NCBI GenBank assembly: GCA_951406725.2
Contig: OX597816.1
Coordinates: 158,782,001-158,846,000, forward strand
DNA length: 64,000 bases
Direction: 5' to 3'
From: Octopus vulgaris
Lineage: Eukaryota
Shown here: piece after piece, positions 40,601 through 54,471 of the stretch
How positions within the stretch are numbered: position 1 is the stretch's first letter
Layout: each line of letters opens with the position of its first letter
Notes under the pieces: model-generated
The model's database searches: none
Told to the model about the DNA's origin: nothing
What the model saw: the letters and a program-made list of their open reading frames with translations, nothing else
Translations under genes and position numbers: made by a program

Positions 40601-41850
40601 CAGGGAAAAGCACCACTGATGCAATATTTCTGGTAAGACAGCTGCAGGAGAAATACCTAGCCAAAGATAAGCCCCTGTACCTGGCTTTCGTTGACATGGA
40701 GAAAGCCTTTGATAGAGTCCCCCCGATCCCTTATCTGGTGGTCAATGAGGAAACTAGAGATAGATGATAGTGAGAGCCATGCAAGCCATCTACAGGGACA
40801 CGGTCAGTAAGATGAGGGTTGGCAATGAGTACACTGAAAAATTCAGGGTAGAGGTAGGGGTCCACCAAGGTCCAGTCCTCAGCCCCCCCCTTATCATAGT
40901 CCTCCAGGCAATAATGGAGGAATTCATGACAGGATGCCCCTGGGAGCTCCTCTATGCTGATGACCTTGCTCTAATTGCTGCATCACTATCAGAACTCGAG
41001 GAGAAGTTTCAGGTGTGGAAGCAAGGATTAGAATCGAGGGGCCTTAGAGTCAACCTAGCTAAAACCAAATCCTAATAAGTAGGAAAGCAGACAAACCACA
41101 AATCCCTTCAGGTAGATGGCCCTGCTCGATCTGTAGTAGAGGCGTAGGTAGAAACTCTATAAGATGTACCCAGTGTAAGCTATGGACACATAAGAGGTGT
41201 AATAATATCAAAGGAAGGCTAACTGGGAAGATAGTTTTTGTATGTGGCAGATGCTCGGGAGCAATAAACACTGAAAATGCACAGAGAACAACTTCTGCCA
41301 TATACCAGGGAGAAAAACTAGAAGTAATTGAGAGCTTCCGTTACCTAGATGACCAAGTCAGTAGCGGAGGAGGGAGCGCTGAAAGTGTAGCTGCTAGAAT
41401 AAGACTAGCTTGGGCAAAGTTCAGAGAGCTCTTACCTCTGCTGGTGACAAAGGGCCTTTCACTCAGAGTAAAAGGCAGACTGTATGACACATGTGTACGA
41501 ACAGCCATGCTACATGGCAGTGAAACATGGGCTGTGACTGCTGAGGACATGCATAAGCTCGCAAGGAATAAAGCCAGTATGATCCGATGGATGTGTAATG
41601 TCAGTGTGCATTGAGAGAAAAGTTGGACCTAAGACGCATCAGATGTGGTGTGCAAGAGAGATGACTGCGCTGATATTGTGATGTGGCGAGAATGGATGAG
41701 GATAGCTGAGTGAAAAAGTGCCACAACCTAGCGGTTGAGAGAACCTGTGGAAGAGGTAGGCCCAGGAAGACCTGGGATGAAGTGGTGAAGCACAACCTTC
41801 AAACATTAGGCCTCACCGAGGCAATGACCAGTGACCGAGACTTTTGGAAA
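40601..41850 (+). mobile_element. Truncated RTE-clade LINE: RT domain to ORF end, frameshifted
   Basis: GKSTTDAIFLVRQLQEKYLAKDKPLYLAFVDMEKAFDRVP...GVHQGPVLSP...LLYADDLAL...GLRVNLAKTK, Cys-rich insert, ...HGSETW..., GRGRPRKTW; stops and frameshifts present. Confidence 0.92.
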
Positions 41851-42334
41851 GGTGTTTTTTATTTTCCCCTGACAAAGGAGTAATTATTGAAATGCACCCT
41901 TGTGCATTAAATACGGGGATGAACCCCTGAAATGGACATAGGGAATGTAAATATGGCTTCTTCTTTTTCGCTTGGGCACTGGCTTTTAACAATAGGTTTC
42001 CTTTATCTTGAAAAGTAATTTTTAATCGAAAAAATTTCTACACGATGAACTTTTATCTTACCTTATTTATTACATATTTATGTTTCCTATATAGATGTAT
42101 TTTTATATTTTTATATATTTATATTTTTAATATTTTTATATATTTATTATTCTAGATGTTATAATATATATACACACATATATATATATACATATATATA
42201 TACACATATATATATATATATATATACATATATATATACACATATATATATATATACATATATATATACACATATATATATATATACACACACATACATA
42301 CATACATATATATACATATACCTATATATATATA

Positions 42335-42731
42335 CATCATCATCATCATCGTTTAACGTCCGCTTTCCATGCTAGCATGGGTTGGACGGTTCGACTGGGG
42401 TTTGGGTAGCCCGAAGGCTGCACCAGGCCAGTCAGATCTGGCAGTGTTTCTACAGCTGGATGCCCTTCCTAACGCCAACCACTCCGAGAATGTAGTGGGT
42501 GATTTTATGTGCCACCGACACAGGTGCCAGACAAGGCTGGCGAACGGCCACGCTCGGATGGTGTTTTTATGTGCCACCGACACAGGTGCCAGACGAGGCT
42601 GGCAGACGGCCACGCTCGGATGGTGTTTTTATGTGCCACCGACACAGGTGCCAGACGAGGCTGGCAGACGGCCACGCTCGGATGGAGATTTTTATGTGCC
42701 ACCGACACAGGTGCCAGACGAGGCTGGCAGA
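42335..42731 (-). mobile_element. RTE 3'-UTR element (family C) with near-identical 62-bp tandem units
   Basis: gccaccgacacaggtgccagac recurs at 42511, 42573, 42635 and 42698. Confidence 0.88.
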
Positions 42732-43244
42732 CATATACATATACATTCATACATATATATACATATACCTATATATATACATACATATACATACATAAAC
42801 ATATACATACATATACATATATATATACACATATATACATATACCTATATATATATACATACATACATATACATATACATACAGATACACATATATACAT
42901 ATACACATATATATACATACATATACATATATATATATACATACATATACATATATATATATATACATATACATATACATACATATACATATACATACAT
43001 ATACACATACATACATATACACATACATACATATACATATATACACATACATATATACACATACATATATACACGTACATATACGTATATACACATACAT
43101 ATATACACATACATACATACACATACATACATACGCATACATATATACACACATACACATACATATATACATTTATACACATACATATATACACATATCA
43201 ATATACATATATACATATATCAATATACATATATACATATATCA

Positions 43245-43321
<77 letters not shown>

Positions 43322-43372
43322 TCAATATATATATATACACATATTCATATATATATACACACATACATATAT
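42732..43372. repeat. Long compound (TA)/(CATA)/(CATATA) microsatellite
   Basis: Directly visible; source of the long Y/I/H/T ORFs. Confidence 0.95.
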
Positions 43373-44720
43373 ACTCATTTACTGCCAAATGGACTGGTGC
43401 AACAGGAAACGGAGTGTTTTTTAACTCTAGAACACAACATGCAGCTGGTCTGGGAATTGAAATCATGATAATATCAAGGGTGGAACATGACTAACCACTT
43501 GGCCACATGCCCCCCACACACACATGAAATATATATATTTTATAAAATAAACATAAAGTGCATGGATATATGTGTGCATATATGTATAAACACACATACA
43601 TTAATAATGTATATATTTGTTGTATTTTGCTAGAGTCATCTTTGTCGCTTATTTGACATATGTACATATTGTTTTTCATTTCAATTGCATATGCATGCAT
43701 GTGTGTGTGGGTGAGAGAAATAGGTGGTGGGAGACAGAGAGTGAGAGAGAGAGAGTTTGTTTTAAGACCATTCCACACCCACAAAGGGTGCATTACTTTC
43801 AATGCAGATCCTACCCTCCAGTTATTGAGGTTTCCTGGAAATTTTATGTACATATACATTTTAATATAGCTTAGCCAGAACAAATGGTTGTCATGGCCTT
43901 CACAGGATGTCTGATACAGGTGAGACTGAAACAATTTATGTTCACCTTGAATAATCTCAGAGTTGACATCTGTAGGAGAAATGTAGGTGGATGTAGGAGA
44001 TGCAGATGGCTGATGCACTAGGGAAGAATTGTTGTGTAAATTGATTTGTGCTAGAATGAGAGTAGAGGGTAATTGCATCTGTGTTAATAAGATGCAGAGG
44101 GGAGGGCCCGGGTTGACTCAAAGTCCATGGTGGTTGATATAGAAGTGGGGTAGAAACCAATGAATCATAAGTGTCTGTAAGATGTAATAGTGTACATAAA
44201 TGTTTATATATATATATATATATATATAACATAATGAAATATACACATTTATACTGCAAGAATAATTTTAATTTAAATAAAAAATTTGAAAGTGAAAGTA
44301 GAAATAGTTAAGAAAACAAACAGGTTGATTTTGAAAGAAGAAAAGCAAGACTAAAAGAGATTTGGTAAAAGGAAACAAATACATACTTGCGAGAATTAAC
44401 TCTTTTAGGGTCAAAACGGGTACTGTTGCCAAAATGGTGCAGGTATTTTACTAAAGCCCTGGTTTGTTTATTATTAAATCAGGTGATTTGTCCTTTGCTT
44501 GTCATAATGCACAATTATCACAGAAATGTCAATCTGATGCCAGAGCTGGACAGGTTCCTTTCCAACCATTTAGTTTAACATCGAAGTTGTGAGGAATAAT
44601 ATTCTGTCCATCCTTCAATTAGATAGCTTCGATTTGTTTACCTGCAGAGAATGTTATAGTTTCCAAACAGCTGAGAAAGAGTGACAGAAAGAAAGAGACA
44701 GAATGTCAGCGGAAGAAAGT

Positions 44721-44752
<32 letters not shown>

Positions 44753-46170
44753 AAGTCGTTTGTGTTCTGATAATGGATCTATCTATCAGCATCCAAAGGA
44801 TATCTACAGTAAGATCCCTGCTAGACTTGCTGCTGATACTGGTACCATCAGAGTGGTAGTGAAGGGGAGAGATGGGGGTGGAGAAAGTGTAGTGATATAT
44901 AGGCATGTGTGTGTATGTATGTATGTATGTATGTGCATATGTGTATGCCTGGGATTATGTGTGTGTGTTTATGTGCTGCTGTGTGTATATTACTGCATTT
45001 GTATATGGGTGGTTGTGTATGTGTGGTTAGGTATGTGTTTGTATGAGTGTGAATGCAATGATATGTGTGGCTATGTGCATACATGTGTGGGATGTGAGTG
45101 GCTGAGTATATGTATGACTGTGGGGGCGTGGTATATGTGACTGTGCACGTGTGTGTGGGTGTGTATGGAGTGTGTGGGTGTGTATGGAGTGTGTGGCTAT
45201 GTATGGCTGTATGGTATATGAGCTTCTGTCTATGGCTGTGTGTGTGTGTGTGTGTGTGCAGAATTGTGTATGTACGTATATGCAAAGCTGAATGCGTGTG
45301 GAAGAAGGCAGGACAGTTAATGCTTCAGTTTGTATTTAATAAAGCTGATATTAGGATTCTGGTGAATACACATTAGTTAATTTAAGACAGCTTTTCCAAT
45401 ATTACTATCACAATCAACACCTTCATGACCAATAACTATTTCTAATTAAGGATCAAGGCCAGTAATTTTATGGGATTTGAACTCAGATTAAAAAACTGGA
45501 AGAAATACTGCAAGGCACTGTGTGTGATGTTCTAATGATTCTGTATATCCACTATCCACATAATTCTTTCAAATTTTGGTACAAGTCTAGCAATTTGAGG
45601 TGAAGGGGTTAGTTGGTTACAACCCCAGAACTTAATTGGTACTTTATTCCCCAAACCTGATCTCCTGTTTTTATCCTCCACGCATTCACCCTCTTGTGTT
45701 CTGAGAGTACGCCCTAACACATCATCATCTCCATCTTCATCTCTCCTTTTCCAGCTGGAGTAGCCATGTACCACGTCCACAGCAACAGAACTGTTCTAAT
45801 CTCTCTATTATACTCTTGCCTCTTGACACCTGGCATAAGCTCTCTCTCTCAATATTATTCCCACCACCCACTGCCATTCAATGTAGCACATAAAAAACAC
45901 ATAAAAAGCACCCACTACACTCTCAGAGTGGTTACCATTAGGAAGGGCATCCAGCTGTGGAAACTTTGCTAGATCGGATTGGAACCTGGTGCAGCCTTCT
46001 GACTCGCCAGTCCTCAGTCAATCCATCCAACCCATGCCAGCATGAAAAGCGGATGTTAAATGACAACGATGATGAGATATATATATATACATAGTGGATT
46101 ATATCAATATTGCAAAATTGTAAATAATAAAATGTAAAAATCAGACTAGGTGGGAATTTCATTGATCAAC

Positions 46171-46230
<60 letters not shown>

Positions 46231-46567
46231 AGGATTATCAATCTGCGCAAAATACTTCATAAGCTCTTTGTTGGCACACCAGCTAACAATATTACTTAGA
46301 TTAATGAAGAACTCCAAGTAATCTTTTGGTAGGGTCCAAAGTTATGGTTCATCACAATTCTATATTATAAATCTGTGGATGGACTTCAGATAAACTGTTT
46401 TTTGCACAGAGTGATATATAAGACAAGTTAAAAATAATGGTCATTACATATAACAATGGAAATGAATTATATGTAATGGCCATCATTTTTAACTTGCTTC
46501 TCATATCATCATCATTGTTTAACGTCCACCTTCCATGCTGGCATGGGTGGGACAATATATATATATA

Positions 46568-46949
46568 TCTCTCTATATATAAACGGCAGTTTGTCTGTGC
46601 GTGTTTCTGTGTGTCTGTTTTCTCGTACCCTCACCCTGACCACGGCTTTCAACCGATTCTGATGAAACTTGACACACACATAGCCCAATGTCATAATTCA
46701 AAACTAACGCAGCGAAAATTTTGAAAAGTTCCCCCAGTTCTGAAAAAATCGATAAATTCGACATGGGGTCGAGAATGAGAAACCCAAACCACAGACCGTC
46801 TAGGGGACGCAACTCCACCTGTTTTAACTCTCAAAAAAAATTTACCATCATTTTTTTCCATTTTTTTGCTATTTTTTGGCTATAACTCTCTAAAAATGCT
46901 TTATAGTTATTTCCCTTACAAACCTGAGCAACGCCGGGCGATACTGCTA
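46568..46949 (+). mobile_element. Non-autonomous Helitron-like element
   Basis: 5' TC start in a TA tract; 3' GC-rich hairpin cctgagcaacgccggg followed by ctgcta; shares its 3' ~100 bp with 62617-63016 and 63933-64000. Confidence 0.75.
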
Positions 46950-47184
46950 TATATATATATATATATATACACCTTTAATGTGAAAATTAATTTTCAGTAT
47001 GTCTTAAGGCTTTTATATGTATTACATGCTGTACTTGCTAAAGTTATTGTCCCATATATATATATATATATATATACGGGACAATAACTTCAGTAAGTAC
47101 AGCATATATTATATAAAAACCTTAAGACACTGAAAATTAATTTTCACATTAAAGTGTATTCTAAAACTTTAAGCAATAATAACA

Positions 47185-47647
47185 ACATGTTAAACCACAC
47201 AGCATATTTATTAGTTCTAAATTGACATGGTATTTATGCCCTGCTAAGAATAGAGCAAAGAAACATTCATAAAAATCTATTTAGTCACCAGATAATAGTC
47301 GCCCATCAACTGACTTTAACAAAGTAGATTTGGGTGTGTAGAAAAATCGTATGTGAGAATAAACAAAATGTTTACAATAAGAATGTTAAAATTTAACTGG
47401 CTGACCTGTTGTTTTAAGTTTTATCATTAGCAACATATTTTGGAAGTGAATAAAATTATATACCTTTATTGAAGATCCAGACCTTTGTTTAGGAAAAGAG
47501 GTTTAGATTTGTGTATTGTTTTCATGCTAATGTAAGCTTAGCTTTTACATGCATTTTCCTTTTGTTCTGTAAAATGCTTTATTATTAATTGGACATAAAT
47601 ACTATGTCAGTTTAGAGCTAGTAATTATGCGGCGTGGTTCAACATGT
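47185..47647. mobile_element. Old element with ~70-bp imperfect terminal inverted repeats (MITE-like)
   Basis: acatgttaaaccacacagcatatttattagttctaaattgacatggtatttatg versus the reverse complement of 47592-47647 (acatgttgaaccacgccgcataattactagctctaaactgacatagtatttatg). Confidence 0.55.
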
Positions 47648-47952
47648 ATTACATACTGGTGAAAGTTAAGGATACACCCATGTAAAGACTACCTTCCAAT
47701 ACATGTCAGAGTGTTATGCCAACAAAGACAAGTTATAGAACATGTGTATAATATATAAAACATGTAGTATACTAACATGGGTTGAGTTAGTGAAACTAAT
47801 TCAGTCAGTTGTACCAATTACAATAATTTGTTTTTCAACCAATGGCTGAGTGACGTTTCTTCTTCAAGTGGTTAAAATTGAGATGCATTTGACCATGCCA
47901 CACAAGTAATCTATGTCCAGTATTAGCTTGATAAGTCCTAATTTCATGTTAA

Positions 47953-48173
47953 CCCTTTCGTTACTGTATTTATTTTGAGATGCTCTCTGTTTCTTTCAAT
48001 TACTTGAAATATAAACAAAGAATTTAGTGAAATAACTTAGTTATCATTCAGCTAGTATTAGGAACATAAATTGTGGCTAAGCTTTGGTGGAGGATTTTAA
48101 TTCAAAACTTACGAAAACAAGACATTTGTACTCAGAGCCAGAGCCGGTTTCAGCCAGGTTGGTAATGAAAGGG
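47953..48173. mobile_element. piggyBac-type MITE
   Basis: TTAA|ccctttcgttac ... gtaatgaaaggg|TTAA; related degenerate copy at ~16320-16557. Confidence 0.85.
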
Positions 48174-49827
48174 TTAAGTGTCTTTGCCAATAACATAATA
48201 GCAGGAGTGGTCTTCATCATAGAGTGCACAAGTGTCCAAAATAAATAGCATCTGATGTGGCCAGGTGTTTAGCCTTTAAAGAAAGACTAAATATAAAATC
48301 TTAACATGTTGTCATGCTATCTCTTACACACATTTCAGGTTATTCGATATCTAGGCTATTACCTGGTTTAACACACCAGAAGGTACATCCGGTATCTTTA
48401 GAAGATTCTACTCTGTTGTATGTGCTCAGGCCAGGTATGCAGTTTGAGGATACCTGCCTCTCACTAGTTTTGGAAGCTTCATAAAGGATTATGAGAACTG
48501 CTTTTCCCCTTGTAAAACTTATTAAAAAAAATACAAACACCTAAGTTTTGTGTTATGATATTTTTTGTTGATAACACCTAGAAAATGGTGCTTCTTTTTC
48601 ACTCACCAAAGTGAATGGGGCTTTGGCCAGGAGGAACTGATGTCATCAGACGGTATCCACTGACCATCAGATGTTTTGACCCTGAACTGTAAATGTTGGT
48701 GGGTCAGCAGAGGTGGGCAAAATCACTGCTCATCATCATCTCTTGTCTTCCAGTTTAACTCCTCTCTCTCTTGCCCCATAACTAGCAAAAGGTTCTTTCC
48801 ATTGCTTAATTTACTACAAGCTATGTAGACTGACCCAGTGAATTTATTGTTACTGATGCAAAGAAATTTATGGCCATTCTAAAATAAACTAACCTAAACA
48901 ATGGACTGAATTAATTGTTCTTCTATAAAAGATGACCAAATTCACCTTCAGTATCTTATTGACTGATGATAGATACAGCCAGTCATCACAAGGATTAATA
49001 AGCTTTGCTGAGCTAAATCATAAATATAATCATAAGCATGGTTGTGTGGTTAAAAAGCTTGTTATGAAACCATGTAGTTTCAGGTTCAGTCAAGTGTCTT
49101 CTACTATAGCTCTAGGTTGAATTGGACTTGGTAGAAGGAAACTGTGTGGAAACCCATCGTATATTCTTTCATTCTTTTGTTTCAGTCATTTGACTGCAGC
49201 CATGCTGGAGCACCACCTTTAGTAGAGCAAATCGATCCCAGGACTTAGAAAAAGTACAAAGCGTACAAAGACTATCGGTCTCTTTTGCCAAACCACTAAG
49301 TTATGGGAATATAAACACACCAGTATTCAGTTGTCAAGCGATGCTGGGGGAAGAAATACAGACAAACAAACATACACACACATATATATATATGGATGTA
49401 TATATATATACATCCATAAGTGGTGAATAGTAGAATAATAACAACAATACAGTAGACAAGGGAAGGCTGAGAGAAAGGGAGATGATATATGGGTAGGTAG
49501 GCAGGTTGCACAAGTGTGAGGGGAGAGTAAATGAGATATATTGAGATATATAGTAAGTAAAGAGGAAGAAGTTCAGTGGAGAAGGAGAGATACTCTAAAC
49601 TGTGAGTGGACAGGAACAATGTTAAGAATGAAGGATGGATGTCAAGTGAAATGGTTCTGGGTAGTGAGAAAGACAACTGGTATCGCAGAAAAAGATGTCG
49701 ATGAAAGATGTAATTTTACATGGAGTAAATTTTATACAATAATTTATTCAGTAATGCTGGATTTAGTGTCAGCCTAAACAGAGTACACTATATAAACCAG
49801 CTAATCCAGACTGGATTATCCACTTTT

Positions 49828-50133
49828 GTTGTTTTTTCCTTTTTGAGCCATGCCTGGCTCATCAGGGCCAGTTTTCCGGCTTCCTTGGCGTATAGGTTCT
49901 CCACCTGGACAGGACGCCAGTCCGTCGCATGTGAGCTGCATGATGCAGGAGGAAAGAGTGAGAGAAAGTTGTGGCAAAAGAGTCAGCAGAAGTTCGGCAT
50001 TACTTTCTGCCGGAGCTGCGTGGAGCTTAGGTGTTTCACTCATAAACACACACATTGCCTGGTCTGAGATTCAAACCCGCGATCCCTCGACCGCGAGTCT
50101 GCTGCTCTAACCACTAGGCCATGTGCCTCCACT
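49828..50133 (-). mobile_element. tRNA-derived SINE (family D)
   Basis: Minus-strand head tggaggcacatggcctagtggttagagcagcagactcgcggtcgagggatcgcgggtttgaatctc (A and B boxes); homologues at 31800-32063 and 50965-51268. Confidence 0.85.
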
Positions 50134-50964
50134 AGATTATTCACTTAAATTTGAGCAGCTTGATGCCAATATAAGCTTGTCAATGACTACATAAGAAAGG
50201 AAACCTTGTTCTATCTCTGGATGATTTGGAAACAAGCTGGGTCTTCTCAATAACTTTGTATCATTAAAGATAAACAGAACCACCTCTAAACAGACTACCT
50301 ATGAAAATGCAATTTCTGACTTGCCAAACATCATCATCATAGTTTAAGGTCCACTTTTCCATGTACCATGGGTCAGATGGAATTCATTGAGGCAGCTTTC
50401 TTCTCGTTGGATGCCCTTCCTGTTGCCAGTTCTCACCTGCTTCCAAGCAAAGTATTATTTCCTTATGGTCAAACATGCTTTGCAGAAGACTAGAAATGAA
50501 GGACATCATTTGTATGATGGTGGCACTTGTTTACAACTACTGTGTGATGTAAAGACAAGGGGAAGCAAACACACGTACTCACTCAATCACACACACACAC
50601 ACACTATATATCATCATCTTAACATCTGCTTTTCCATATTTTCAAAGAATGGACAGAGTTTATCATAGCAGATCTTCTGTAGTTAGATGCCCTCCCTGTT
50701 GCCAACCCTCACATGTTTCCTGGCAAGAAAATTGTTCCCCACAGTCAGATAAAATTTTGCAAAATATTGGAAATGAATGACAATTATAACATTACACAAT
50801 GTCAAGACACCGAAATACAAATACACACTCACACACACATATATATGCACATTATATATATGTCCTCCTTCTAGCAGCGCTTTGCTGGCAAAGATTAGGA
50901 AGGCTGTTGTCCATGTCTGCATATTTATTCATACTCATTCATGGCTGATAAGGCCAATATATAT

Positions 50965-51268
50965 ATATTTATGCGCGCTTTTCAAGCCTAGCCAGGCTCA
51001 CGGGCCCAGTTTCTGTGGCGTATGTATTCCCCCCAGCTGGACGGGACACCAGTCCATCACAGCATTACCCAAGAAACAGGAAGAAAGAGTTAGATAAAGT
51101 TGGGGTAAAAGAGTACAACAGGGGTTGCCACTACCCCCTGCCGGAGCCTCATGGAGCTTTAGGGGTTTTCGCTCAATAAACACACACAACGCCCGGTCTC
51201 GGAATCGAAACCGCGATCTTCTGACCGTGAGTCCACTGCCCTAACCACCGGGCCATTGCGCCTCCACT
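50965..51268 (-). mobile_element. tRNA-derived SINE (family D)
   Basis: Head tggaggcgcaatggcccggtggttagggcagtggactcacgg...gtttcgattcc on the minus strand. Confidence 0.85.
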
Positions 51269-51310
<42 letters not shown>

Positions 51311-51799
51311 TGTGATGGCCTTCTTTCAATATCCATCAACCAAATCCACCCACAAGGCTTTGGTTAACCTGGGTCTACAAGCAGAAAACATTTTCCCAAG
51401 ATACCACACAGTAGAAATGAACCTGAAACCACATAGTTGAGAAGCAAATTTCTTAATCACACAGCCATACTTGCTGATATGTAAAACCTACTAATGATAT
51501 TTTTGCATTTTGTAGCCTTGCAACTGAGGGGCAGCATGTTAGAGAGTCTTTAGAAAAGTATCTGCAAACCCCAAAAACCTTAAGCATGGATTATAACCAT
51601 AACACAAGACTGAAAAGTCAGTTCAAGATTCCTTTATTAGTGGCTTAGATTTGCTGCTGATCTGGTAACATTGACTGGAAAACAGGAATTTAGATTATCA
51701 ACCATGTTAGATCAGGAGAGAGCTCTGAATTCAGCTCATAGAAAAAAAACAGGTACAGCAGTATACAGATAACCAATTCAGTAAGGGGTTGCTATATGT

Positions 51800-52160
51800 G
51801 ACCAAGTAAAAAGGGTAAAGACCCCCTTTTGTCATGGGATTTTGGTCAATCATGGGATTGCACCTAGAAAGTTCCTCCAAGGCACAAGTCCAGGCAAGGT
51901 TGTTAATGGAAGACCAGCAGTTGCCCATGCATACCAGCCTCCCCTCTCCACACCACTGATGTTATCCAAGGGAAAGGCAAAAGTTGAAACAGCTTGGCAC
52001 CAGTAATGTCGCAACTCATTTCTACAGCTGAGTGAACTGGAGCAACGTGTAATAAAGTATCTTGCTCAAGAACACAAAACACAACCCAGTCCAGGAATCA
52101 AACTTACTACCTCGTGATTGTGAGCCCGAAACTAACCGGTGAGCCATGTGCCTTCACATG
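51800..52160 (-). mobile_element. tRNA-headed SINE with CORE-like domain
   Basis: tRNA-like head, then gtgttcttgagcaagatactttattacacgttgctccagttcactcagctgtagaaatg; its tail matches the fragment at 1-125. Confidence 0.7.
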
Positions 52161-54086
52161 TGACTAAGTAATACATTATAAAATCAGCCTACTTCCCATT
52201 TTGGTACAACCAGCAATCAGTGTTAAATGCTTTTGCTGCAGGTTACCAAAGGATCTATGGACTGGTGTTATCCTAATCATTTGAATTTGTGAATGGAAAA
52301 CGGTAATCAGGAGAGGAATATTGTTGGGAAAGTCATTTACGAGTTACCATAAATTAAACAAGTGAATTTACTTCTATTAACACAGATGACGGAACTTGTA
52401 ATTAATTCACAAATGAATTGACCCAAACAATGGACTAAACTAATTGTTCCATTATAATAAGAAGACAAGATTTCCTTTAGGCACTTTCTTAGTGATTTCT
52501 GTTCCATGATAATACAGGAATTCCTTCCTAACAATCAATAAGTTTTGCTGAGTTTTGTTGTATGAATGTAGTCAATTGTGTGATGTCTGCACTATATAAG
52601 TGTTATTTTATTACTTGCTGCTTCATGTTGAGCAATGCTTTCAGATAATGTATCTTTCAATTACACAACTTCATTTATAATCTCAAATGTCCTTCATATT
52701 TTAATTGTGCTTCTGCAGTAGATAACGATGATAATATTGGTTTCAAATCTTGGCTCTAGGCCAGTTAGTTCAGAGGGAGGGGTATAGTTGATTACATCAA
52801 CCCCAATGCACAATGGTACTTGTTTATTGACCTTGAAAGCAAAGTTGACTTTGGTGGAATTTGAACTCAGAACATAAAGACAGACAAAATGCCACAAAGC
52901 ATTTTGCCCAGCATGCTAATGATTCTGACAGCTTGCCACTTTTATAATAATGATAATGTTAAGCATGTCAGTGCTTGCTGTGGAAATTTCATGGGAAAAT
53001 ACAAAAGTGGTTTTCTGTAGTCTTCCTATGAGTAATTTTTACAAAATTCCTTATCAGCAAGATTCAGACAAGTCTACCACACCTACTTGGGTATACAGAA
53101 TGTAAAGAACCAGACCAAATGGCACAAAGTATTACTTTGTCCAATGGTCTAACAGTTCTGCCATTCCAATGCTCTGAACTGGCAATTTATCTTATTGACC
53201 CAAAGCAAAGGTGACACTGATGTGATTTGAACTCAGAACATAAAAAACTGTAACAGATACTGCAAAAATAATCTCACAATAATAATTTTGCCAATTTGCC
53301 ACTTCTCTTTATACTTATTACTATATTATTTTTATATTATGTTTTTCTTAAAAATAAACAACTACATCACTGAAATCTTTAAGCCATAAGGCAGCAAATT
53401 GGTAGAATTAGGTGTTGGACAAAATGCTTAGTGGCATTTCATTCTGAGTAAATCTTGCACGTTGTCTTTCTGAGGTTGAATGCATTTTATCCTTTTGAGG
53501 TTGATAAAATAAGTGCCAGTCAAGTATTGGGGGTCAATGTAATCAACTTACTTCCACCCCTAAATTTGCTGGCCTAGGGCCCAAATCAAAGAGTTATCAT
53601 TATCAGCTGTAGAAAAAGTAATGGAATGTCAAAGATATTTGAGATTGTAAATCAAACGGAATGCAATTGAAATCTAACTTGAGATACCTTATCTGAAAGG
53701 CTCATTCAATGTGAATGAATGACTTCCTCTTTCTGTAGTTAACACACAAAAAGCACCTGTCAAGGAAACCACCAGGGTCACTTGTTAACCTGATGGCACA
53801 ACGAAGGAACGGTAACAGCAATACCTGAAGAAGTCAATAAATTTAACAGCCATAAACATTGTAAGACCGAAAATAAGATGAAAGTTCAAACAGTAACATG
53901 AAAAATAATGCTTCCTATTCGGAAACTCATACCAATATCAATCCATGGAGGAAAATTTTACTCAAACATTCCATAAAGCTAACATTCTAACTAAAACTAT
54001 CATATTCGTGTGAAGACATGCTCCAAAGTTGCAACAACCTCTGGCATCTTAATGATGAATATTTTGAAGACATCAATTCACCTAAT

Positions 54087-54471
54087 ATCTTTATCTTTAC
54101 TTGTTTCAGTCATTTGACTGCGGCCATGCTGGAGCACCGCCTTTAGTCGAGCAAATCGACCCCGGGACTTATTCTTTGTAAGCCCAGTACTTATTCTATC
54201 GGTCTCTTTTGCCGAACCGCTAAGTGACGGGGACGTAAACACACCAGCATCGGTTGTCAAGCAATACTAGGGGGACAAACACACAAACACACACATATAT
54301 ATATATATACATATATATGACAGGCTTCTTTCAGTTTCCGTCTACCAAATCCACTCACAAGGCATTGATCGGCCCGGGGCTATAGCAGAAGACACTTGCC
54401 CAAGATGCCACGCAGTGGGACTGAACCCGGAGCCATGTGGTTGGTTAGCAAGCTACTTACCACACAGCCAC
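54087..54471 (-). mobile_element. tRNA-derived SINE (family A), CpG-retaining (young) copy
   Basis: Collinear with 11054-11482. Confidence 0.9.

Noticed and set aside
42369-43468. 351-aa and 319-aa ORFs
   Set aside because: Translations of an RTE-UTR repeat plus stop-free TA/CA microsatellite; the same applies to the Y/I/C/V/H-rich ORFs at 12, 29, 39 and 45 kb.
48180-49020. Very old LINE remnants (also ~18020-18160, ~19100-19760, ~52340-52555)
   Set aside because: Only faint motifs (for example PKQWT.LIV.L.K, EEVNKFSYYGS); too decayed to delimit or classify.
50060-50133. tRNA genes
   Set aside because: A and B boxes belong to SINE heads that continue into repeat bodies; no complete cloverleaf.
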